Shown here piece after piece: positions 1 to 8,215 of a DNA stretch of 43,879 nt. Source of the DNA: Bacillota bacterium (lineage in GTDB: Bacteria > Bacillota_I > Bacilli_A > RF39 > UBA660). Location: positions 1 through 43,879 of the forward strand of contig JALELF010000081.1 in assembly GCA_022771715.1 (NCBI GenBank), in the 5' to 3' direction. A program made the translations under genes and the position numbers. The notes under the pieces were generated by a model that was given only the letters and a program-made list of their open reading frames with translations, had not been told where the DNA came from and searched no databases. Every line of letters starts with the position of its first letter. The first letter of the stretch is position 1.

Positions 1-1
1 T

Positions 2-835
2 ACAAGTAGTAGTGCATCAGCAGCAACATATACTAATGGTCAAAGTGTTACTAATATAAATAATGGTTCAAATACTACTTTATATGCTGTATGGAAAAAC
101 TTATTTAGTTATACAGGAAGTAAAAATGTAATTCATGATGGAAATGGAAATTGGCGAATTAAGTTCTATACAAGTGGAACATTTGTAGCTAATTATAATG
201 CTAGTCTTGACGTATTCGCAGTAGGAGGCGGAGGAGCTGGAACTTATGCTGCTAGCGACCGTGGAGGTGGAGGCGGAGGGGGCGGTTATACGACCACTTC
301 AAAGGGATTTACAGTATTCAGTGCAACATCATATAGTGTTGTAATTGGTGCAGGTGGAACTAATAATTCTAGTAACACAGGTGGAACAGGAGGAACAAGC
401 AGTTTTAGTTCAGTGCGTGCTGCTGGGGGGACATCAACAATACCAGTTGAAACAGCGGCTGGTAATGGTGGTAATGGTGGCTCAGGCGGTGGTATGAGTG
501 GTTACTATAATAGAGCTGGTGACGCTTTAAAAGGTGGCAGTAATGGAGGGAATGCTGCTTATACTTGGGCTGAATCAGGTCGTCGTGGAATTGGACAAGG
601 TACTACTACTCGTGAATTTGGGGAATCTACTGGTGATTTATACTCAGGTGGTGGAAGTGGCGCTGAAAGGGGTAACACTACTACCATAATCGCTGGTGGC
701 TCAGGCGGTGGTGGAACAGGAGGAAATGGTGGAGCTGGAACCGCTAACACTGGAGGTGGAGGTGGAGGCTCAACAGCCCAAAGTGGAGGTGGAGCTGGTG
801 GTTCTGGCATTGTTGTAATTCGCAACCATAGATAG
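2..835 (+). CDS. Glycine-rich domain protein, C-terminal part (5' end outside the window)
   Basis: Frame 2 is open from base 2 to the TAG at 833-835; the track lists it only from an internal Met at 413. Translation: ...LYAVWKNLFSYTGSKNVIHDGNGNWRIKFYTSGTFVANYNASLDVFAVGGGGAGTYAASDRGGGGGGGYTTTSKGF...GGAGGSGIVVIRNHR. GGxGG blocks alternate with short beta-like segments. The GGT/GGA/GGC run forms a local GC-rich island. A terminator hairpin follows. Confidence 0.7.
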   Translation, partial: TSSSASAATYTNGQSVTNINNGSNTTLYAVWKNLFSYTGSKNVIHDGNGNWRIKFYTSGTFVANYNASLDVFAVGGGGAGTYAASDRGGGGGGGGYTTTSKGFTVFSATSYSVVIGAGGTNNSSNTGGTGGTSSFSSVRAAGGTSTIPVETAAGNGGNGGSGGGMSGYYNRAGDALKGGSNGGNAAYTWAESGRRGIGQGTTTREFGESTGDLYSGGGSGAERGNTTTIIAGGSGGGGTGGNGGAGTANTGGGGGGSTAQSGGGAGGSGIVVIRNHR

Positions 836-840
836 ATATA

Positions 841-868
841 AAAAAAACAGAGATTAATCTGTTTTTTT
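841..868. terminator. Bidirectional intrinsic terminator between convergent genes
   Basis: AAAAAAACAGA-GATTAA-TCTGTTTTTTT: a hairpin flanked by an A-run and a T-run. It lies between the stop of the + strand glycine-rich ORF (835) and the stop of ponA (854-856) and overlaps the last ponA codons. Confidence 0.55.
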
Positions 869-3817
869 AGTTATTTTAACTGTTTGAGTTATCTTATCAG
901 CAAAATCTTTATATTTGATACTATAAGTAATTGTATATGTATTCTCATTATCAGTCTTAATTTCTTTAACTTCATTGCCAGTTTTATCTTTAATTACCTT
1001 AACTATAGTAGCATTTTTAGTAACATCAATTAAGTTTTCTGTAACGATAATAGGATTAATTAGCTCTTTATATTCGTCACCAACATTTAATTCTACTATT
1101 TCATCATCATTTAAAGTTGCTGTTATTAAATCTTTAACATCTTTTAAATCGACTGTTATTTCTACACCTTTACTTTGATTAGCTTTGAATACAGTGTAAG
1201 AAGCTTTAACAACATAAGTAATTGCTTTAGATTTTCCTGATAAATTTATATCAATAGTAGTTTTATCAGTTGTATCAATTAATACTAAATCACCTTTGCC
1301 ATCTTTATAGTAAACATTGTAAACAACAGAACCTAGTTGTTTTTTATTATAAGTTAGTATATCATCTACTTTAGCTTCTAAATATCCTTGATTAGTAAAT
1401 ACAGGTTTAAAGTATTCTCTAATTTTATCTCTATTTAGAGCATCAGGCTCTTTAATACCTTCCCAAACTAAAGTTAAAACATTTTTATTTATTTTACTAC
1501 TTAAGTTAGTAACATCATTTAAAATGCTAAATCTCTTAGATACTTCAGTAGGCTCAGTACCTTCTTTAAATAGTTCTACTATTGTCATATCACTTGGTGT
1601 AAATTCACTTGGTAATGAAGCAGGGTAAGTATCTCTTTCTACAGTGACACTTTTAACATTACTTGGTTGTGTAAATCTAGATGAATCAGTAAATACACCA
1701 AGACCAACTGCATTAAATAATCTACCATGAACACTAGTAGGTAATTTTGTATAATAACCATTATCAACGTGTTCTTTTGTAAGACCATCATATCCATACC
1801 AAACAGTAACAGTATATTCTGGATCATATCCCGCAACCCATAAATCATTAATAGCTGTAGGAGCTAGGTTAGTGTATCTATCCCATGTATCAATTGCAAA
1901 GTTAGTTGTACCTGTTTTAATAGCAACAGAAGCATCATTAATTTTTGAGTAATTGTATCCAATAGCAATAGGACCAGTATCAAGAAGCATACTAGTTATC
2001 ATATAAGCAGTATCTTCGTTCATTGCTTTAACAGGTGTTACTTTATTTTCATAAACTTCTTTAGTATCTCTAAATACTACTTTAGTAAAACTATAAGGAG
2101 CATTATAGACACCTTTATTTCCAAAAGCAGCATAAGCAGCGGCTAGTGTAACAGGACTTTCTCCATTATAACCACCAATAGAATGAGCTTCATGAATTTT
2201 GTTACTTTCTATTTCAGGACTTAATCCCAAATTAGTAACAAATTCTTTAATTTTACTGTTATCAACACTTTTGAATGTCTTAAGAGCAGGAATGTTTCTT
2301 GAACCCATAAGAGCATAACGCATTGTAATTAGTCCTTGAAATGCACCATCCCAATTATTTATTGTTTGACCTGAAGAATAAGAATAAGGTTCATCGGCTA
2401 TTAAAGTATAAGTACTAAAGTTGTTATATTCAATAGCAGGACCGTAATCATAAAGTGGTTTAGCAGTAGAACCAATTTGTTTCTTTATGTCAGTTGCGTA
2501 ATTATAGTTTTTTTCGCCAGTTTGTTCACGATTACCACCAATGGCAACAATAGCGCCTGTTTTAGTATCAAGAACAGCTATACCAGCTTGAACAGCATCA
2601 TTTTCCCAATTAAATGTTTCGCCACTCATAATTGAATCTATATGTTTTTGTTTTGCTGTATCTAAAGTTGTATATATTTCCATAGGTACTGTATAAGGGT
2701 CTTTCCCAGTCTTTTTAATAACTTCGGCAGCTACAGTATCTATAAAGTTTTGATATGATTCTGTTTGATAATCTTTTGTTAAAAGACTTTCAACACTAAT
2801 AGAATCAGCTATTTCTTTTTCTTCATGAGATATATAACCATGTAATTCCATTAGATATAAAACAGTACTTCTTCTTTTAGTAGCGCCTTCAGGATTAACT
2901 AATGGGTCTAATCTTCTTGGAGCATTAAACAATCCAGCAATTAAAGAAGCTTCAGCAAGATTAATGTCTTTAACACTTTTTCCAAAGTAAGTTTGACAAG
3001 CTTGCTCAACTCCGTAAGCTCCACCTCTAGAACCAGCTCCTAAATAGTTGTAGTTTAAATAAAATTCTAATATCTCTTGTTTTGTATATTTTTTCTCTAT
3101 TTTGAAAATAGACATATATATATCAGTGAATTTTCTAATAATTCCTTTTATTCCTTCATCTTCAGTTGAAGTATAGATGTTTTTAGATAATTGCATGGTT
3201 AAGGTAGATGCACCACCAGCCCCAGCTTTACCTAATACTTGGCCAAATGACGCTTTTAAGAAACGTGGTAAGTCAAATCCATTATGTTGGAAAAATCTTG
3301 AATCTTCAGTTGCGATAATTGCGTCAATTAAGACTTGTGGCAAATCATCATAAGTAATTGTCTCTCTTAATTGAGCACCAACCTTACGGACAATTTCACC
3401 ATTTTTATCATAAATGATAGATGCTTCCTTTGAATATAGAAGCGATGGATCAAAATCAGGTGCTGTTTTAGCAATATAGATAAAGAATGCAGCAATCATT
3501 AATAACACTAGTGTTCCAAAAGAGAAAATAATTGTTAAAATTACTTGCCATACAGAATATTTTTTCTTACCTTTTTTCTTTTTTCTATGCATTAGTAGCC
3601 AAATTATAGTATCAGTAATAGCGACTAATATGAATGAAAATAAAAATCCAATTACAAATGACGCCACTACAAGTATAATAATACTTATTAGAATCATTAT
3701 TAATGAATCTTTATTGTCTTTTATGAATTTGTTAATATCAAATTGATTTTTTCTTACATTTTTTTGGGTATTTTTATTTACCTTATTTTTTGATTTTTTC
3801 TTTTTATTCTTTGACAT
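854..3817 (-). CDS. ponA: Class A penicillin-binding protein (bifunctional glycosyltransferase/transpeptidase, PBP1A type)
   Basis: GT51 motifs IIATEDSRFFQHNGFD and GASTLTMQL. Transpeptidase motifs STAK (SxxK), SRN (SxN) and KTGT. Lys-rich cytoplasmic tail plus one TM segment. Directly downstream of recU, as in Bacillus. ATG 3817 is preferred over 3823 because AAAGGAGA lies 6 nt upstream of 3817. Confidence 0.93.
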   Translation of the reverse strand: MSKNKKKKSKNKVNKNTQKNVRKNQFDINKFIKDNKDSLIMILISIIILVVASFVIGFLFSFILVAITDTIIWLLMHRKKKKGKKKYSVWQVILTIIFSFGTLVLLMIAAFFIYIAKTAPDFDPSLLYSKEASIIYDKNGEIVRKVGAQLRETITYDDLPQVLIDAIIATEDSRFFQHNGFDLPRFLKASFGQVLGKAGAGGASTLTMQLSKNIYTSTEDEGIKGIIRKFTDIYMSIFKIEKKYTKQEILEFYLNYNYLGAGSRGGAYGVEQACQTYFGKSVKDINLAEASLIAGLFNAPRRLDPLVNPEGATKRRSTVLYLMELHGYISHEEKEIADSISVESLLTKDYQTESYQNFIDTVAAEVIKKTGKDPYTVPMEIYTTLDTAKQKHIDSIMSGETFNWENDAVQAGIAVLDTKTGAIVAIGGNREQTGEKNYNYATDIKKQIGSTAKPLYDYGPAIEYNNFSTYTLIADEPYSYSSGQTINNWDGAFQGLITMRYALMGSRNIPALKTFKSVDNSKIKEFVTNLGLSPEIESNKIHEAHSIGGYNGESPVTLAAAYAAFGNKGVYNAPYSFTKVVFRDTKEVYENKVTPVKAMNEDTAYMITSMLLDTGPIAIGYNYSKINDASVAIKTGTTNFAIDTWDRYTNLAPTAINDLWVAGYDPEYTVTVWYGYDGLTKEHVDNGYYTKLPTSVHGRLFNAVGLGVFTDSSRFTQPSNVKSVTVERDTYPASLPSEFTPSDMTIVELFKEGTEPTEVSKRFSILNDVTNLSSKINKNVLTLVWEGIKEPDALNRDKIREYFKPVFTNQGYLEAKVDDILTYNKKQLGSVVYNVYYKDGKGDLVLIDTTDKTTIDINLSGKSKAITYVVKASYTVFKANQSKGVEITVDLKDVKDLITATLNDDEIVELNVGDEYKELINPIIVTENLIDVTKNATIVKVIKDKTGNEVKEIKTDNENTYTITYSIKYKDFADKITQTVKITKKTD

Positions 3818-4400
3818 AATCATTCTCCTTTAAGATAAATTTATCTATGATTTCTAGATAGTCAATAACTGGATTATATTTATCTCTTATAATATAACCA
3901 AAATTTTCTATATAGTCAAGTGGTATAGATTTTCTGTTATGACTATTAATATAATCTAGTACTTTATCTATTTCAATTAGAAATGTTTTATTTAAAACAG
4001 TAAATCTAATTATTAAAAAACCAATACCGCCATGAGTAACTATTTTTTTTAAATGTTCTATTTGATGAGCATGGATGTTATTTAAGTTAAATGAAGTAGA
4101 ACTTTTAGTTTCTTTAGCTTCAAAGTCAATATATTTTCCTTTATATATACCATTGTAATCGGTAGTTGATGGTATTTTAAAGAAAGCTTCAGTTATTACC
4201 GCATCCATTCTTGATTTGTAGTTTACTTTAGTTATAGTAATAGGAGTAGGCTTTTTATGAATAATAGCAATATCATTTATTAAATAATATTCATTCGAAC
4301 TATTTAATTCACTCTCTAAACTCATTCCTCTATTTCCATAATTAGTTTCCTTAATATTATTTTTCTTTATTTTGTTTGGATAATTCAATCTAACCACCAT
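3804..4400 (-). CDS. recU: Holliday junction resolvase RecU
   Basis: The translation aligns by eye along its full length with Bacillus RecU: NRGMSLE..., IHKKPTPITI, STTDYNGIYKGKYIDFEAKET, NIHAHQIEHLKK. Its 3' end overlaps the ponA start (recU-ponA operon). Confidence 0.9.
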   Translation of the reverse strand: MVVRLNYPNKIKKNNIKETNYGNRGMSLESELNSSNEYYLINDIAIIHKKPTPITITKVNYKSRMDAVITEAFFKIPSTTDYNGIYKGKYIDFEAKETKSSTSFNLNNIHAHQIEHLKKIVTHGGIGFLIIRFTVLNKTFLIEIDKVLDYINSHNRKSIPLDYIENFGYIIRDKYNPVIDYLEIIDKFILKENDYVKE

Positions 4401-4740
4401 ATTAATTATACACTAAATATTATGTTTTATCTATTACTATTTTGTAATAAATTTGTAATGTGTAAAGTATAGGAAAAAGAAAGACTAGTTTTGTCGATTT
4501 ACAACACAGGCGTTATTATTTGTGTTAGATTATATAAGAGGTGACTTATGAAACATCATTTAGATAGTGTATTTGAAAGTATGATTGATGATGTTAAATA
4601 TATAAAAAGGGCTACTTGTTTCATTGAGAAAAATAAGTAGTTTTTATTTGTTTAAAATTAATATAAAAAGTTGGTGTAAATTTGACAAAAAGTAAAAAAA
4701 GTATTATTATAGGTATCAATTTAAAGAAGAAGGGGATTTT

Positions 4741-5484
4741 ATGGAAAAGAGAAAAAAAATAAAAAATAGAGTTTTTGCTGGCTTTTTAGCACTTACTTTA
4801 ATGGGGTGTAATCCAGTAATTGTCAAAGGTGAAGAACAACTAGTACAAGAAGAAACACAAGTAGAATTAATAGACATGTTTAAAGTTGATTACTCTAGTC
4901 CTGAATATCAATTATATGAGCATAAATATGTAAGTGATGATGGTAAAATAGAAAAATGGTATGTTAGTTATTTACCAGAAATAGAAGGGTTAAAAAGAAC
5001 AGATGAAAAAAGACAAATAGAATCAGCTATTTATGAAGATGGAGAACAACTAGAAGGAGATTATACATATTTATATTGTAATCGTAAAAACTTATATGTA
5101 ATGCCATTTGATAGCGAAGATAATAATATTTTATATAATATTACGCCATATGTAAAAACACAAATGGTGACAGAAATAAGTGATGAGGCTTTAAAAATTT
5201 TACACGATTATGGTGTATGTCGTATCGTAGATAATGCTATATTTTTTAAAAAAGATATGGAAATAATAAAAGAACAAGGTAAAGCTGGTATGGCTTTATT
5301 AAAACCATTATTTATAGATGAAAATGGTTTACATGTTGAAATAATAGGAATACCTACTACAGTAACAGAATATAATCATGAAACAATGAACGGTTTATTA
5401 GTCTTACCTGAATTAAATAGTATTAATGATAATTATTTTAAAGCAACTGAAGAACAAAAACAATTTGTAATAAAGAAAAAATAA
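4741..5484 (+). CDS. Putative lipoprotein, unknown function
   Basis: N-terminus MEKRKKIKNRVFAGFLALTLMGC has a basic n-region, a hydrophobic core and the lipobox L-M-G-C. SD GAAGGGGA precedes the ATG. TTGACA-17-TATTAT promoter at 4682-4710. Confidence 0.7.
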   Translation: MEKRKKIKNRVFAGFLALTLMGCNPVIVKGEEQLVQEETQVELIDMFKVDYSSPEYQLYEHKYVSDDGKIEKWYVSYLPEIEGLKRTDEKRQIESAIYEDGEQLEGDYTYLYCNRKNLYVMPFDSEDNNILYNITPYVKTQMVTEISDEALKILHDYGVCRIVDNAIFFKKDMEIIKEQGKAGMALLKPLFIDENGLHVEIIGIPTTVTEYNHETMNGLLVLPELNSINDNYFKATEEQKQFVIKKK

Positions 5485-5582
5485 AATATAGCCATGATAG
5501 AAATATTGTGGCTTTTGTTATAATTGACAAACACTTGATAATTTTATATAATTAATAATGTAAAGAAGAAAGGGTGGCTAGT

Positions 5583-5909
5583 ATGTATCAAGAAAGGATT
5601 CTTTTAACTGTAAAAGATATTTTAGAAAAAAATTTTAAAATTGATACACGTGGGTTTAGACCACAGGAAGTTGATAAGTTTTTAGATATTGTTATTAGAG
5701 ATTACGAAGAATGGGCTAACATTGTTAATGAGTTAGAAGCAGAAAAGAATGATCTTTTAAATGATAACATGCGTCTTAAACAAGAAATAAGATTACTAAA
5801 GACTAAACTTGATGTAGCTTCTACTAGTGAAACTAACGTTGGTAGTAGTAATGCTGATGTTTTAAGACGTCTTTCTAATTTAGAAAAAATAATATATGGT
5901 AAGGAATAA
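5583..5909 (+). CDS. gpsB: Cell-cycle protein GpsB (DivIVA-domain protein)
   Basis: LTVKDILEKNFKIDTRGFRPQEVDKFLDIVIRDYEEW matches the GpsB/DivIVA N-terminal domain and is followed by a coiled coil. ATG 5583 is preferred (SD AAGGGTGG 5 nt upstream) over the GTG at 5574. TTGACA-17-TATAAT promoter upstream. Sits beside rnpB, as in B. subtilis. Confidence 0.85.
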   Translation: MYQERILLTVKDILEKNFKIDTRGFRPQEVDKFLDIVIRDYEEWANIVNELEAEKNDLLNDNMRLKQEIRLLKTKLDVASTSETNVGSSNADVLRRLSNLEKIIYGKE

Positions 5910-6254
5910 TATTTTGGCAAACGCTGTATTCTAGTAATATAGAGGAAAGTCCATGCTCGCACTATCCTGAAATGGTAGTAGTGTTCATGCATAGGGAAAA
6001 AATAACCTATGGTAGTTTATACTAACGGCGCTGATTAATCTAAACTTTAAAGCATGATTATAAGCATAAAGTGTCAAAGAGACGAGTTCTTGGGAAACTA
6101 AGAAAGTGGAACGTGATAAACCCCATGAGCGAGAAACCCAAATTAGGTAGGGGAACCTAATAGATGGGAAATGAACCGTCTATGGGATTACTTCGGTAAT
6201 AGATAAATGTTTGCCACCTAGAAATAGGGACAGAACATGGCTTATAAAATATTA
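5907..6254 (+). ncRNA. rnpB: RNase P RNA, type B (Bacillus-like)
   Basis: Universal blocks GAGGAAAGTCCATGCTCGCAC (5942-), GTGATAAACCCCATGAGCGAGAAACCCAAATTAGGTAGGGGAACC and ACAGAACATGGCTTA. P1 helix TAATATTTT (5907-5915) pairs with AAAATATTA (6246-6254). A T-run follows. Confidence 0.9.
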
Positions 6255-6279
6255 TTTTGTTTTTTTAAGGTGGTGAAGA

Positions 6280-6774
6280 ATGAAAGAGATAGGCGACAAA
6301 TTAAAAGAAACCAGAGAAAGTATGGGGATTTCTTTAGAAGAGGCCGCAGAAGATTTAAAACTTAGACCATCCCAAATAGAAAATATAGAAGCTGGAAACA
6401 TAGAAGCTTTTAAAGATGTTTTTTATTTGAAATACTTTATTCGTGATTATTCAAAATACTTAGGCTTAAAATATGAAGATATGGTAAATGAATTTAACGA
6501 ATTTTTATTTGATTACACATCTAAAATATCAATTAAAGATATAAAAGAAGCGCAAAAACATAATGTAAAAAAAGAAGAAGAAAAAAGAATATTTTCTCCT
6601 TATACAGTAAGTACTAAAAAGAATTATAATTTTGTACCTCTAATATATGTATTAATTGTAATTATAGTTTTTGTAATTGGTTATTTTGTCTATAATGCTT
6701 TAGGAAAAAATGATAAAAACGATAAACCAATTGAAGCTATCTATATTAGGAGGGCTTATGAATTTACCAAATAA
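6280..6774 (+). CDS. rodZ: RodZ-like cytoskeleton protein (XRE-type HTH plus single TM)
   Basis: N-terminal HTH IGDKLKETRESMGISLEEAAEDLKLRPSQIENIEAGN. Central Lys/Glu linker and C-terminal TM (FVPLIYVLIVIIVFVIGYFVY). Located directly upstream of pgsA, as ymfM/rodZ is in Bacillus. SD AAGGTGGTGA. Confidence 0.75.
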   Translation: MKEIGDKLKETRESMGISLEEAAEDLKLRPSQIENIEAGNIEAFKDVFYLKYFIRDYSKYLGLKYEDMVNEFNEFLFDYTSKISIKDIKEAQKHNVKKEEEKRIFSPYTVSTKKNYNFVPLIYVLIVIIVFVIGYFVYNALGKNDKNDKPIEAIYIRRAYEFTK

Positions 6775-7345
6775 ACTTACTTTATCAAGAATAGTTATTG
6801 CAATAATTATAATAATGCTTTTGCTTTTTCCATTTGATGCTATGGGAATAAGCTTACCAAAGATCTTTGTTAATGAAACTATTGTTATAGATACTAAATA
6901 TATTATAGCAGGCGTTCTTTTTGTAATAGCGTCTATTACGGACTTTCTAGATGGTTATATTGCTCGTAAAAGAGATTTAATAACTGACTATGGTAAAATG
7001 ATGGATAGTATAGCTGATAAAATATTAGTTAACTCTGTACTTGTTATACTAAGCGCATATGGATTTGTTCATCCAATTATTCCAGTTGTTATTATAATAA
7101 GAGACAGTGTTGTTAATTCAATGAAAATGATTGTTGGAAATAAAGGCGTAGTAGTTGCGGCTATAAAGACAGGTAAAGTTAAAGCTTTCCTTCTAATGGT
7201 TGGAATTATTTTAACATTATTTTACAATTTACCTTTTGAACTACTTAATTTAAGAGTTTCTGATTTTCTTTTAATAGTAGCGACTGTTCTTTCCTTAGTT
7301 TCAGCATTTCAGTATTATGAATTAGCTAAAGATTATTTAAAATAG
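6758..7345 (+). CDS. pgsA: CDP-diacylglycerol--glycerol-3-phosphate 3-phosphatidyltransferase
   Basis: CDP-alcohol phosphatidyltransferase motif DFLDGYIARKRDLITDYGKMMDSIADK. Multi-TM protein. Start taken at ATG 6758 (MNLPNKLTLSRI; SD TAGGAGGG upstream) rather than track start 6710. Overlaps the rodZ 3' end. Confidence 0.9.
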   Translation: MNLPNKLTLSRIVIAIIIIMLLLFPFDAMGISLPKIFVNETIVIDTKYIIAGVLFVIASITDFLDGYIARKRDLITDYGKMMDSIADKILVNSVLVILSAYGFVHPIIPVVIIIRDSVVNSMKMIVGNKGVVVAAIKTGKVKAFLLMVGIILTLFYNLPFELLNLRVSDFLLIVATVLSLVSAFQYYELAKDYLK

Positions 7346-7365
7346 AGTTTATAACTCTTTTTTTA
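7344..7365 (+). terminator. Intrinsic terminator after pgsA
   Basis: AGAGTT-TATA-AACTCT followed by TTTTTTT. Confidence 0.65.
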
Positions 7366-7425
7366 TTAAAATAATTTACAAATTTATTATAATTATATAT
7401 AATATTAAATGGAAAGAGTGATTTT

Positions 7426-8142
7426 ATGGGAAGAGCTTATGAAGTAAGAAAAGCAAGTATTCAAAAAACAGGAGCTGCTAAAGCAAAATTATATTCAATG
7501 TATGCGAGAGAAATATATCAAGCTGCTAAAAATGGTGGAGTTGAACTAGAAAGCAATTTAACATTAAAAAGATTAGTTGAGAAAGCTAAAGATGAACAAG
7601 TTCCATCAGATATTATCAAAAGAGCAATTGATAAAGTAAACAGTGGAGTAGATGAATCATATGAATCAACTAGATATGAATTATTTGGGCCAGGTGGATC
7701 TACTTTAATAGTTGATTGTTTAACTGATAATGTTAATCGTTCTGTAAGTAGTATAAGAGCAGCTTTAAATAAAACTAATAGTAAAATGGGTGTTAGTGGT
7801 AGTGTAAGCTATATGTATGATAATTTATGTATTGTTAGTTTTAAAGGTTTAACAGAAGAAGAAACAATTGATTTAATGATTGAAAGTGATATAGAAATAG
7901 ACGATATAGAAAAAGATGAGGATAACATTGTTATATATGGTAACCCCACATCACTTTATGAAATAAAAGAAGCAATAACAAATAAAATACCTAATGTTAC
8001 ATTTGATGCCTCAGATATTGTAATGATTCCTAAAGATAAAGTAACTTTAAGCGGTGAAGATTTAGAATATTTTAATAAATTACTTGCAATGTTAGATGAT
8101 ATAGAAGATGTAAGACAAGTATATCATAATGTAAACTTATAG
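7426..8142 (+). CDS. YebC/PmpR (TACO1) family DNA-binding regulator
   Basis: Typical family N-terminus MGRAYEVRKASIQKTGAAKAKLYSMYAREIYQAAKNGG, typical length (238 aa), and acidic C-terminal domain. Confidence 0.88.
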   Translation: MGRAYEVRKASIQKTGAAKAKLYSMYAREIYQAAKNGGVELESNLTLKRLVEKAKDEQVPSDIIKRAIDKVNSGVDESYESTRYELFGPGGSTLIVDCLTDNVNRSVSSIRAALNKTNSKMGVSGSVSYMYDNLCIVSFKGLTEEETIDLMIESDIEIDDIEKDEDNIVIYGNPTSLYEIKEAITNKIPNVTFDASDIVMIPKDKVTLSGEDLEYFNKLLAMLDDIEDVRQVYHNVNL

Positions 8143-8166
8143 AAACTTAATTGGTTTCTTTTTTTT
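8141..8166 (+). terminator. Intrinsic terminator after the yebC-family gene
   Basis: AGAAAC-TTAATTG-GTTTCT followed by a T8 run. Confidence 0.6.
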
Positions 8167-8184
8167 CGACAAAATTCGACAAAA
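8165..8184. promoter_or_regulatory. Two tandem perfect Spo0A-box heptamers (TTCGACA = reverse complement of TGTCGAA), 10-bp register
   Basis: Exact direct repeat TTCGACAAAA TTCGACAAAA. On the minus strand it reads TTTTGTCGAA twice, containing the canonical 0A box TGTCGAA. It overlaps the -35 region of the likely kinase promoter (TG-extended -10 TGATTATAT at 8187-8195). Confidence 0.45.
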
Positions 8185-8215
8185 TGTGATTATATACTAA
8201 TATTGGTGATAAAAA

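Noticed and set aside
559-825. 88-aa Pro-rich ORF on the minus strand
   Set aside because: It is the antisense mirror of the Gly-codon run (GGN read as NCC) of the glycine-rich gene. It has no SD and is fully nested, so it is an artefact.
413-835. Track start (Met at 413) for the glycine-rich ORF
   Set aside because: The same frame is open all the way back to base 2 with continuous, similar sequence. The gene is truncated by the window edge rather than starting at 413.
975-1848. Small ORFs 975-1178 (+) and 1639-1848 (-) inside ponA
   Set aside because: They are nested in or out of frame with a gene carrying unambiguous PBP motifs. They are low-complexity translations with no SD.
5702-5992. 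96-aa minus-strand ORF
   Set aside because: It lies antisense to gpsB and runs into the RNase P RNA gene, both of which are well supported.
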